DNA from: Oikopleura dioica
Taxonomy: Eukaryota > Animalia > Chordata
DNA: 64,000 bases
Assembly: GCA_907165135.1 (NCBI GenBank)
Contig: OU015568.1
Span: 7,750,001-7,814,000, forward strand
Direction of reading: 5' to 3'
The position numbers and the translations under genes are program-made. The notes below the pieces were generated by a model, which searched no databases, had not been told where the DNA came from, and saw nothing but the letters and a program-made list of their open reading frames with translations. Position 1 is the stretch's first letter. Each line of letters begins with the position of its first letter. Below, in pieces: positions 27,580-44,014 of this stretch.

Positions 27580-28134
27580 CTTCTAGGTCCGCTTTTCTCT
27601 CTCCCACTCTCACGTCTTTTCGTTTTTTTTCTCAGACTCGATTAAGAGTCTCAAGAATCAAATTTCCGTCAATCGTAAAAATGCCACAGCATGTCTTTAT
27701 TAACGCCGAAAATCTCGGAAACTTCCTTCCCGTGTCTTGTGATTTCTTCTTTGCGGACGATCAATTATCCTAATTTTCCCACATAAGAAGAAACGAGTAA
27801 AAGGTAAATCATATTACTTTTGTTTTACGAGTTGTGACCTTTGCTTTGGATTTCGTGGAGTTTCATGAAGGCGAAGAAAGATCAGCGTTTATGATAAAAA
27901 AATTAAAGACACCTTTTACGGTTTTTGATAGTCTTTTGTCAGCGAGACTACCGAAGATGAAAAGTAGTTAGACCCACCGAGATGATTATATTCCTAGCTG
28001 TTAATAGATAATAATCGTAAACGTCAAGCGCGGTTTTTATTCTCAATTGGTTTGGCCTCTTCTCGTGGGTTTCAATCAACTTCGTCTTTTGGTTATTACT
28101 TTCGATCGTCTCGAACATTGACTTTCAGGAAGCC

Positions 28135-28162
28135 TAGGGTTAGGGTTATAGTTAGGGTTGGG
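28135..28162 (+). repeat. Short interstitial telomere-like (TTAGGG) tract; a similar tract lies at 16329-16371
   Basis: tagggttagggttatagttagggttggg. Confidence 0.5.
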
Positions 28163-29214
28163 CACTACCGATGATAGCAGACTCAAATTCAGGGTTACGC
28201 CGCCACTTACAGAGTCCTGTCTTGTGATTGGCTGACCGGATAACCTGCCACGGATGGCGAACAGCTTCAAATCCCGGGCAAAGGCCTGATATCATCGGTA
28301 TCAAATCCCAAGTCAGGATACACCCCCCTTACACTGCTTACAAACTCTGACAATTCTGCCAAAATTGGCTTTTAGTTGTCAATTTTAATGACGATCTTTT
28401 GGAATCCTTCTTGGAGAGACTCCAAAAGCTCACTTTTGTCTACTATTATTGAATCTGTTCTAAACCTCAGTTGTGCATAATTTTGCGTCTCGAAAAACAA
28501 CCGCGCGAATCATTGTTGAGGACAGCGAGAACACCGAACAGTGTAGTGGAGACAATTGAATATTCCACGCAACAGTCACATCATATTCCCGTCTCTTATT
28601 GTCAATAAGTTATTGAGCACTTATTTTTTCAAACTGGATTTTGCAAAATTAGCGTCTTTTCGCTTTCTTTTGATCTTCGGAGAGTTCCGAACGGAAAATA
28701 TTAATTTAACTGGCGAGTTTATTAAATGAAAATTGGTGTACTAAAGTTTTATTGCCAACCATGCTATATCTTTCCGAAGAAAATTAAGCTTCATAATCAA
28801 ACTTTCTTATGGCCGAAAATTATGAAAAACAATTCAATTGTTGAGGTTAAAAAAGAGCATTGTTACAACATGCATTCAATAATTGCAGAAAAGAGAAAAC
28901 GTGTCAAGAAATGATGCAATAAAAACGTGAATGAAAAATGTCTGGCACAATGGTTTTAACTGCCTCCAGCCTTTTTTATTGTCTTGAAGTTACTTTTATT
29001 AAACGCTAAAGCGTCGAGACGTAACTCGGAATCGGTGCTTCTGCCTCTCCTTTTCAATTTTTAGTCACGTGAGGGCGGGGTAGATCAGGTTCTGTGGCAT
29101 CACTCTTCTTCTTCCTCTGCTACATTTGAAGGAGGATAAAAAGAAGAGAGATTTTGAAACTTAGAGGCTTCAAGGGAAGGAATCAGGAAATCAAGGAAGA
29201 GAATCTTCACGAAA

Positions 29215-29947
29215 ATGACAGGTAAATCTTGATTTTAATGGCTAAGATTATTTTTCTACGGATCAACTTTAATCTTAGGGATAAATATGTAATTCACTAA
29301 ATTATAATTCGACTAAAATTTATGAGAGCTTATTTTTAATGACGATTCGCACAGATTTTTCTTGAGGGAAAAAGTGTAATGGAAGATTTTCGTAAAAAAA
29401 AACTTTTGATTATGAAATTTCCCAACAAATAAGGACTTCTTATTAAAGATACCTTCCAAGAGTACTCTGAATGGACGACTTGTGATGCCATCTGCGAACC
29501 TGGAGTTCAGACTCGGTACAGATTAGACAGCGAGGGAGTTGGAGTCGAGGTAATTTTACCAGTTGACCTTCAAATTGCTGATTGAACTCATTAGCGAAGT
29601 TGACTCGCTGCTTGATTTTTCAAGTCAGGCAGGTTTTTAATGTTTTTGAATTAGGGCTCGCTGGAGACACGAACTTGTGATGCAGATGATCTGAAATGCG
29701 GAATGTCACTCGGTCTGCCTGCTATTGGACTGCTGGTCATTGTCGGAGTCGTCTATTGGATCTGCAGGTACTTCAAGGGCCTTGAAGTTCAAGGCATCAA
29801 TCTTTGACTGTCGGGAGGGCAACACATTCTTCCTTGCTATCAGTCAAAATTTATTTCATTTTTAGGAGAAACTCTGACGAGTCAACAGAATTAAGACGAG
29901 GCCACGAGCGGCTAACAAATTATAAAAGTGCTCTGAATCATGCTTGA
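29215..29947 (+). CDS. Small thrombospondin type-1 repeat plus transmembrane protein (about 110 aa), 4 exons
   Basis: MT|DTFQEYSEWTTCDAICEPGVQTRYR..|GSLETRTC..CGMSLGLPAIGLLVIVGVVYWICR|RNSDES..HA*; all introns GT-AG and in frame. Confidence 0.7.
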
Positions 29948-32025
29948 ACCATTCTTTTTTTCGAAAAATTCAATAAACAGCTTTTCATAAAAAAATCTTT
30001 ATCATACAGTATGATTCATACTCTACAAAAAGCATCTTTTTTAGCGAGAAAAAAGCTCAAATGAAGTTGGACGAATCCGCAAAAATGTCTGAGAATTGGC
30101 CGGCTCCTCAAGTGATTACAGTTGTAATTTGTAACCTTTTTAGTTCAGCATATTTCGTTTTGATTTAACGCGCAAACGAACAGCATCAGGTTCCTGCCAA
30201 AGGCGCAATTAATCGGCCACACGTAGGTCGAGACAGAATTCTTTACACCACAAATTCGGCTGATTTTTTTATCCCAACTCTGATTCAAGGAAAACGATAA
30301 GTACTCCCGAATAACTACTGTGCACGTTTTTTCCGGATTCAGTTACTAAGAGGCTCACATATGTTCGAACTTATAAGCTTTATAAGCACGAGCAAAAGCG
30401 GTGCTCATGTTATGCATAAAAACGCTCTCTTCTCAAGGACGGAGGAATTCTAGGGTGAGAGATTAAGGTTCTCATGCGTTTTCAGTAAAGAGCTTTGCGA
30501 CTCGCCCTGGCGCTCAGCATAAACAAAAACTGAAGCAGATGCCCTAAGTACGTTAGGACCACGAGGGCAACTGTATGCGATTATACTAGCTTGAGAAGAT
30601 ATGTATTAGGAATGCGAAGTATTACTGCGTTGAAAAATGATAAAAGCTTATCCAATATTTTCTCTGAAAATAAGTTTTGCTGATGCTACTTAAAATTATG
30701 TAAAACTGGTCACGTGTTACTTCGTACTTCACCAAAAGAAAGATGCTTATCAATTGACGAACTCTCCGGCTCCGATATCCTGCCGAGTTTCTTATCTCCA
30801 TGGAAACAAAAATGGAAAAAATTTATGCGCAACTTTAATCGCTGAAATATAAAAACAACAGTCATTATTTTTTTTTCAGAGCGTACGAACTGAACACGTC
30901 ATCGGGTCTCGCCGATAAGAGTAAGAGTTCCAAAGTTCAACATTCCAGGAATTTTTCGCCAACCAGAGAGAATTGACGAGTTATTTTGATTCAAGTTTTG
31001 GTTCTAGCGTCGCCACGTTTCATCCTCTATTGGAATTTTATGTTGTTTTGATAGAAGAAAATAGACAACTAAAACAATTCATACCAGATAGTGCAATTTG
31101 TCACGTGCCTCAGCGGGTTGGTTTAGAGGATAACCCATCCAGGAACTTATTGTTATGTTATAAACTTCGCTGACTAACGACTATTTACACACGCAGTCCT
31201 CTCTTGAGACTCAAACCATGAGAGGTTTTGTTGTCAGCAAAAATAGATCGAGATTCTTTCGAGATTCGGAATCTGAATTTACGAAAACACGTTTCTAAAA
31301 TAGTAACACGTGTAATGCGCGAGATTCTAAGGGCACCTGTCGATGGTCAATTTGTTCGGGGATAAACCTTATTATCTCCAATAAGGGCACAAATTTATGT
31401 TTACGGATCTTAAAAACAAGCCACAAGCTTTCAGGGGTATTGATACTTTGTCGCTACTGCACTCAAAATACCACAAGTGCTTCGACTTGTAATTCTAGAG
31501 CTTGAGAAAATGCTATAGGAAGTCCACGGACCTCATATTGTCAGGTTTTATATCATGTGATATTAAGAAGAACTGTTCGTTAATTATCATATATTATACT
31601 GTATAATTTATACATGATATATACATCTGTTCTTGGCCAACTATTCTCATAAATATGATATGCAATACATATTTCAAGTCTTAATCTATCCTTAAAAGAG
31701 ATGGGTATTCAAAATTTAAACGTGTTCAGTCAATTTTTATAAGCAATAATAAACGCGATTGATAACCAGCTTGACTAGCTTGAGATTTCTCAAGTAGAGA
31801 AACTTTCAATTCAAATTTGGTAAGATAATACTGCTCTTTTCTGAACAACTTTTTTCATCACATGAAACCCTGTGCAAAGTTGAAAGGTTGCGGCGTACTA
31901 CGGCGGCGCGCTCACGAGAGTGGTGCATGCGCCTGTGGCGCCCCGCTGACCCGCATAAAATGAACGTACTCTGACGTTTTCACTCATTCCAGCGATAAAT
32001 AGCTATCGTTGAGTTTTCAAAAAAA

Positions 32026-33085
32026 ATGAAGATTTTTGCTTGCGCTCTCTCGGTCGCTGCCGCCGGTAGAGGTGGACGAAACTTCCAAGGTGAGAGTGAC
32101 GAGCTTCTCTACTCCAACGATGCTTCCTTCGTCACCGGCGACTTCCTCCCTGATCGATTCCCAATCACCAGCGAAGAGAACTACCAGGAGCAGATTGATC
32201 AACACGCTCGATTCGCCCAGAGATACTACAACAACGAGTTCGATGGCCAGCGAAACCAGGCTCGATACTTGAAGATGTACATGAAGGCCTCGCAGATGGT
32301 CGAAAAGGCTGTTGACCGATGCGTCGACTGGGACCTCTTTGTCGCCCCTGAAGTCGACGAGAACGGAGCTGCCTTCGATCGAGACCGACGAGCACCAAGC
32401 GGCATTGGTCCACTCACCGGCACTCTCACCAACCTTGCCCACATCGTCCGACAGTTGGTCATCCCCGCCGTTGTTGAGAAAGACGATAAGAACACCAAGA
32501 AGTGCTTGAAGCACGGCTACAAGATCCTCCGAAAGCTCGACAGACAGCGATACTACACCCTCTGGGGCTACTGCAAGTACATCGATGACACCGAGCGACC
32601 ATGCTCCTGGGCCTACTTCGCCAACGACGGCAAGCCATGGAGAAACCTCGAAGATGGTACCAACGCGCAGTGGGACTCTTACACTTCCAGCTTCTTCACT
32701 GCTCAGCGACACGATCGAGTCTGTGACAACGGTGACAGCCGATTCGATGATGTCATTCGATGCGAGATGGGAGAGCTCAACATCATCAACGCCTGGTACG
32801 GCCGACGATCCAGCAACATCTGCAAAGGTATTTTTTAAGCTTTCTCGGCAGTCTTATTTGTTTATTTTAGGCGACGGATCCGCCACCTCTATCTGCACCG
32901 GTCCAGGCACCATCGTCAACCTCCGAAACAAGGTCCAGGCTGACTGCAACGGCATGGCTTCTTGCGTTCTCGAAGCTTCCAACGAATACGCTGGCTCTGA
33001 TCCTTGCCCTGGCTCTGACAAATACATCCAGGTTCAATACGAGTGCGTTGAGCCCGAAGGATCCGGCTCTGGAGACGGAAACTAA
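32026..33085 (+). CDS. Secreted protein with an unknown N-terminal domain and a C-terminal SUEL/rhamnose-binding (Gal_Lectin) domain
   Basis: Signal-like MKIFACALSVAAA; IRC..GELNIINAWYGR..IC..VQADCNG..SC...ASNEYAGSDPCPGSDKYIQVQYEC; one intron 32828-32869; strong codon bias. Confidence 0.85.
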
Positions 33086-33330
33086 AATCGTTAAAAGAAT
33101 TGTAACGATTTTTTGTAATTATCTCTGCCGCTTATTCTTTCCATTTACCCCTCAAAAAACTTTTTTGAATAAAATTTTCATCAAAATTTTATTGTTTTAT
33201 CTGTACATAGCTATTTCGCATTTCTTGTTATATGTTTTCATTGTCAACAAGCTTTCTATAAGAAGCAAAACGATGATGCATGCTTGCGGGGATATGGAAA
33301 GAAAGAATTGAAGATTTATTAAGAGCTTGA

Positions 33331-34545
33331 TTAATTTTTACGAAATTTGCGGGTTGAAGATATGCTGGACTCAACGAGCGTCAATTTCATTGCCAACTCG
33401 TTGTTTTTTAGTTCGTAGATTGTTCTCACTGGGCCAGCGTTTCCACCAGTTGTGTAGATCTCAAATTTATTCGCTAAAAGACAACTTTTAATTCCAAATC
33501 AGGATTTAAACGTACCTCCAGTGATCTTTATGGAAGAATGAACTGACTCGTCAAGCCCGTTGACGTGAGAATATTCCTTATTGAAGTCGAGTGGGTACTT
33601 TTTCTTCACGAAACCAACTCTAAATATCTGCGAATATTTTCCTTCTGATATCTTCGAAAATGATAGCTTGGGGTTGACTTTTAGTGCCATGTTCATCATA
33701 AAGCCGCTTTTCCACCCTTCGGCATTGAGGTATTCCTTCATGTTTTCAGTTTCAAATTGAACCTACAAAAATATTTGCTAAGTATTTCGAAGAAATTTTA
33801 CCCAGGAAGATTCCAAAATATCCGCCACATCGTCAAATGAACTCGGTGGAGTCGTCCGAATTGTCGAAAAACTCGTCGTTGTGGGTCTTGGACTGGCCTT
33901 GGTTGTGGTGGTTTGAGTCATCGTTGTTGTAGTGGTTTCGGTATTAGAAGTAGTGACTATTTTCTCAGTTGGCTCGGTAGAAGTTGCAATGGTAGTTTTG
34001 ATGCTAACAAAGGTAGTTGTTTTTCTCATGGGTCTAGGCGTCGTCTTCAGAGTCGTTTTGTTAGGAGTTCTTGTTGGAGCTAACGGATATTTTGCCATAG
34101 TCTGCTGGTCGTAATCTGGTGGAGGATCTATCTCCGGTCTCTTCACTTCCCGCTCTGGTTCTTTCTTGCTTGAATCACAGATCAATCGGTTTCCAGATCT
34201 TCTGCAGAAAATTTTCCTTCGTCCATAAGTGTGAAAATCTATTTCCAATAGAGTCCAATAATCACTTCACATGGCTGAAACTAGACCCGCTTCGAGCGTA
34301 AATCTCTCATGATCAGTTTTTCAGCCCGTCATTAAAACACTCAATACTTACATCTGAGTTGGTGTAATAAAGTCTTCGGTCGACGAGAAGATTAATTTTG
34401 TACCAGCCGGCATCTTGATTCGAAGGTGGAGATCTTGGGCAGGCTGATCAAACTTTTCAATCTAAAAGCCCTTCCTTCTTGGCCTTCTTCGAAGACTCGA
34501 CCTAGACGCAACACAAAGAGATATGATAAAGAGGACGCATTTCAT
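33331..34545 (-). CDS. Putatively secreted protein: N-terminal region, Thr-rich mucin stalk, FABP-like domain (paralogue 1)
   Basis: SW|VQFETENMKEYLNAEG..PKLSF..DFNKEY..RTIYELKNNELAMKLTL..SSTRKFRKN* follows the FABP/iLBP pattern; signal-like MKCVLFIISLCVAS at 34545, 5' exon joins unresolved. Confidence 0.6.
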
Positions 34546-35075
34546 TCTCTCGGTCTCTGCTCTGCTCCCTGTCAGGAAAAAAGACGACTTCGCCAAGCGC
34601 GCGTGGCACTGCTTCCCTTCCACGCCATATTAATTGAAATAATAAACAACAACTCGTCAATGACCATGGAATCGAAATCTATTCAGAGTTCACTGTTTGT
34701 GTCGCCAATTAGCCAAGAAATACAAATGCGATGACGTTTGGACATATTTTGAAAACTAACCACGTTTCCATTTTTGACATAATGGGACTAAACTAATTAA
34801 CGGAAGTCCAATTTTGGATTACCAATAAGATTGTTATATCTTGCCAACCGGCCAATCAAAACGACGATCCATAAAATTATGTACATAATGTAAAGAAATA
34901 CAATTTGTTTTTTACGACGCAATGAAGATGCATGGTTTCTTTTTGGATGAAATCTCTTTGCGTTGGATTGAAAACCTGCGGTCAAATCTAACCGTGAAAT
35001 GCTCCTGCCTTTAATTATAAACATTGCCAATATATATAATTATACATTATTATACATATTATTACATTTGTATTA

Positions 35076-35761
35076 CCGTGGTTTTCCATTTTAAGAGCGC
35101 CCACTTTAAGAGCGTTTTTGCCTATATTTTGAAAATGTTGTCATCTTCCAAAATTCCAGTTTAAGAGCGGTTTTGAAGATTTTTATTAGAAATAAAAAAA
35201 TTTTCAGACTTACAGTAAATCATTTATTAAAAAATTTTGTAATCTTTGACTGCTTTTCTGGCCATTTTGAAGTCGAAGGCTTTGCAGTGTCTCTATCTCT
35301 TGAACTTGAGGTTCCTCTTCAATCTCCATCGGGGTCGCGGCTCGTGTTTCATCGATTTGAAGCGCCAGAAAATGCTCGACCAGCTCTTCCTCGTCTTCTT
35401 TCTCCAGCTAACTTTCCAAAACATCCAAGTCCTCAAAATCTTCAACAGCTCCTTCGAATTCTTCCTCCTTGATCAGCCCAGTATTGATCCAAGAGCGCTT
35501 GAAGATTGCTGGATTTATGTTCATGAAGATTTCGTTCGCTTTATTCACGAGATCTTCTTCCTTGATGTTCAGATGATCATGATCGACGATGAAATCGTCA
35601 AGAAAACATCGGATCTTTTTTTTGTAATAGCAGAACACAAGGTTGTCACAAAATATTAAAAATCCCACTGTCATCCTACCTTTATTGAGAAATTTCCAAT
35701 CTAAGAGCGATTTGAGCGAGACCTGTCATCCAAAAAACGCTCTTAAAATGGAAAACCACGG
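35076..35761 (-). mobile_element. pogo/Tigger-like (Tc1/mariner superfamily) internal deletion derivative, 686 bp
   Basis: Perfect 24-bp TIRs CCGTGGTTTTCCATTTTAAGAGCG, TA on both flanks; remnant ..YKKKIRCFL..NINPAIFKRSWINTGL plus acidic tail resembles a pogo DDE C-terminus and has an in-frame TAG. Confidence 0.85.
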
Positions 35762-35784
35762 TATATTGATGATGAAAACGAAGA

Positions 35785-36180
35785 AGCTTCTTCACTTCTC
35801 AGCGACACGATCGAGTCTGTGACAACGGTGACAGCAGATTCGATGATGTCATCCGATGCGAGATGGGAGAGCTCAACATCATCAACGCCTGGCACGGCAG
35901 ACGATCCAGCAACATCTGCAAAGGTACTTTTTGGACTTCCTCGGCAATTTTATTTCTTTATTTCAGGCGACGGATCCGCCACCTCTATCTGCACCGGTCC
36001 AGGCACCATCGCCAACCTCCGAAACAAGGTCCAGGCTGACTGCAACGGCATGGCTTCTTGCGTTCTCGAAGCTTCCAACGAATACGCTGGCTCTGATCCT
36101 TGCCCTGGCTCTGACAAATACATCCAGGTTCAATACGAGTGCGTTGAGCCCGAAGGATCCGGCTCTGGAGACGGAAACTA
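35785..36180 (+). pseudogene. 5'-truncated duplicate of the lectin gene (lectin-domain exons only)
   Basis: Near-identical to 32689-33085 including the intron; no start or signal peptide, and the pogo element lies immediately upstream. Confidence 0.8.
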
Positions 36181-36428
36181 AAATCGTTAAAAGAATTGTA
36201 ACGATTTTTTGTAATTATCTCTGCCGCTTATTCTTTCCATTTACTCCTCAAAAAAACTTTTTTGAATAAAATTTTGATCAAAATTTTATTGTTTTATCTG
36301 TACATAGCTATTTCGCATTTCTTGTTATATGTTTGCATTATCAACAAGCTTTCTTGAAAGAAGCAAAACAACGATACATGCTTGCGGGGATATGGAAAGA
36401 GCGAATTGAAGATTTATTAAGAGATTAA

Positions 36429-37542
36429 TTAATTTTTACGAAATTTGCGGGTTGAAGATATGCTGGCCTCAACGAGCGTCAATTTCATTGTCATCTCGTT
36501 GTTTTTTAGTTCGTAGATTGTTCTCACTGGGCCAGCGTTTCCACCAGTTGTGTAGATTTCAAATTTATTCACTGAAAAAGACAACTTTTAATTTCAAACC
36601 AGGATTTAAACGTACCTCCAGTGATCTTTATGGAAGAATGAACTGACTCGTCAAGCCCGTTGACGTGAGAATATTCCTTATTGAAGTCGAGTGGGTACTT
36701 TTTCTTCACAAAACCAACTGTAAATATCTGCGAATATTTTCCCTCTGATATCTTCGAAAATGATAGTTTTGGGTTGACATTTAGTGCCATGTTCATCATA
36801 AAACCGCTTTTCCACCCTTCGGCGTTGAGGTATTCCTTCATGTTTTCAGTTTCAAATTGAGACTAAAAAAAATGTTCGCGGAGAGTTTCGAAGAAATTTT
36901 ACCCAGGAAGATTCAAAAATATCAGACAGATCGTCTATCGTAAACGAACTCGTTGGAGTCGTCCTAATTGTTGAAAAACTCGTCGTTGTCGGTCTTGGAC
37001 TGACTCCAACATCAGTACAATTCCAAAAGAACCCCTCGGCGTAATTCCTTTGCGTCAACTCACAAGGACAACCAGTTTCACAATTTTGCATGCAGGGGCA
37101 GAATGTAATAGCTTTTTTAAATCGATAAGCGCAAATGTCGTAGCAGTAGATGTCGTCTAGACATTGAGCCTCGCACTCGATTTTTTGATTGAAAGTTATT
37201 GTGTGACACTCAAGGAAGTTCGGACTCGTTCGTCTGTCAAGGCACTCACAGGTTCTACTCGTACAGCCTGTGCAGCCTAAATAGCGAATATACTTTCTGA
37301 ATTTGACTTGAGAGACTCATACCATTTTTACACTCGTCTCCACAGGGACATTCTTCGTTACACTTGCCCCATTTTTTAACAGCCCCAGTTTTACAGGCAT
37401 GATTTTGAGCGCAACTTTCAATCTCTTGATTCCGAAACAAATCGCATTTTCTTTGACATTCTCTCCCCAAACTATAATGTCTGCAGGATTTGCTTATCAA
37501 CCCGGAAGCCAGATAGATCAACGAAAAATATATTGCCTTCAT
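36429..37542 (-). CDS. Secreted Cys-rich repeat protein with a C-terminal FABP-like domain (paralogue 2)
   Basis: MKAIYFSLIYLASG signal; C..CPCGDECKNG|CTGC..CEAQC...CPCMQNCETGCPC; short Thr stretch; FABP-like exons; continuous frame with GT-AG introns. Confidence 0.75.
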
Positions 37543-37731
37543 TTTCTATATATTATTCCGACAAAAAAAATTGACTGAAAGTTCAACTGACTGAATGACT
37601 ATGTAAATAAACGCTAGACACAAAAGTAGACGAGTGCACATCTCGGTCAAATAAAACATGTCCAGCCATCCAATATTTCGAAATTGCTGACTTCACGGCC
37701 CATTTCGAAAGATTCTTGCGAAGCATATTAT

Positions 37732-39016
37732 TTATTCGGAATCAGAAGAAATCAAAAGTCTAATGTCGAGAGTCTTGACTCGACAATCAAAGCTCATCTT
37801 TTTTCTGTTCGGAAGAAGGCGCTGAAGTTGGTACAGAAGATGAAGCAGTGTCTTTTCGGAAAATTATGATCGTATCTTTTAGTGAATAGTAACCTACAAA
37901 ATATACATGAAAGTCTATCAACAAAGAAGACTACAAACCTATAGTTCTATCTCCCTCGCAAAGATACGGGACAGAAGACCACGCTGTGTGTCTAAACCCC
38001 TTTTCTTCTACAGCTGATATGAATGTAGCCACTTGATCAACATATTTCCGACTAGGAGAAATAAACTTGTCAACATTGGCAGTAGGTTTATTCGTAAACG
38101 TTCCACCGCGCTCGACGTAAGGATGGTATGGAAGAACAATCGCAATTATTAAATAGCCACCTAGAAAAATTGAAGATAAAAACCTAAAAGGGGCTTTTAC
38201 CTGGGGAAAGCGCATCATAAGCTTTATCGAGAAACAGATCCGGATTAGCTGCTCTGTCCAACAGGTTGAGCATCGAGATCACATCCCATTTCGTCTCTGA
38301 TTGATCCCAGTTATCCGTATCTAAAATCGTCTGTTACAGCCGCCTCTTTTTAGACGAAAAACCTTCAACAGTGAATCCCCGCCACTCGAGCCTTTTCCTC
38401 ATCACTGGGCAGATTTCTGTCGTGCTCATTTTTTCTGTAATCATGCTCGGGCCTCTGATGAGCGCTCCTCCGTCGCCAGCTCCAAGATCAATCCAATTTT
38501 GAAACTTGAATTCTTTGTTGGTTTCGAATGCTTCTGGCATGAGCTTTGTCAGCTGCTCTTTCGAAACGACGAACATTTCGCCCCGGTGGAGAATCGCATT
38601 TGTGGTCGTTTTCGTTGTGAAGATCTTTAGAAAGGGAGCGGAGACATCGTAAAAGAGTTGAAGAAAAAACTGGTCAGTACGTTCTTTGCTCCAGTTGATG
38701 AACTCATTCGTAGCGTCGTCTTGACTAAGAGCGACGAATGTGCTCTTGATTTTGTGGTCTCCTAATGGCTCTTCGTAGAACTTGAATCGTTATTATTCTG
38801 AAGTGTGTCGTTGCTTACCTTGTCTAGGGAGGTCATTCTCTTTTTCTGTCCAAAAGTCGTAGATCGATTACGGACGACGGCGAGTATTAGTCCCAGAGCC
38901 AAGTAGGCGCCGCACTGGGCCGCGATTTTCCACTTCGACTGCACTTAATAATTCATCGAGTTTAAATCGTCCAATCGGTTTGATGGTTTACTTCTATTCC
39001 TCTCTTGAGATCTCAT
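37732..39016 (-). CDS. METTL9: Methyltransferase-like 9 (DREV1)
   Basis: RGEMFVVS, IDLGAGDG, WDVISMLNLLDR, IVLPYHPYVE, PYLCEGD; the termini are less certain. Confidence 0.9.
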
Positions 39017-39202
39017 GATCTCGGTTGATAATAGGAATAACGAGTCAATATAAGAAGGGATAGAAATATGTTCAGATGAGTCGAAATCGTGTGAAGATTT
39101 GTGAGTTTTTATTAAATTCGTGGCAATGAGGTGAGCAAGAAATAAGTTTTCAGTGTTTTGGTATTTACAGAAGCGAAATAATAGGTAAAGATGAAGAATG
39201 AA

Positions 39203-43766
<4,564 letters not shown>

Positions 43767-44014
43767 TTTAGTTCATTCTGTAATAAATTATATTTACTTG
43801 CAGGAACCATGCATCAACTACAATCGAAGATCACAAGACCTCATTTAATCAAGGTCGGATGAACTTCAACGATTGTTATTTTTTCACGACATTTATTCAC
43901 ACAAGAGACAAAAAAGGGGAGATCAGACATTACAGTAACAAAAAGATGAAGTTTTAATCTAAAACCGAATAGTAGTAAATGAGAATGTAAGTTGGTTCAG
44001 GTGGTGGTTTCTGG

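Larger units (their letters stand above)
32689..37002. repeat. Direct segmental duplication of about 1.2 kb: 32689-33895 and 35785-37002
   Basis: Colinear high identity across the lectin 3' end, the intergenic DNA and the FABP-like exons. Confidence 0.92.

Noticed and set aside
32017-32712. 231-aa minus-strand ORF
   Set aside because: Antisense shadow of the lectin gene
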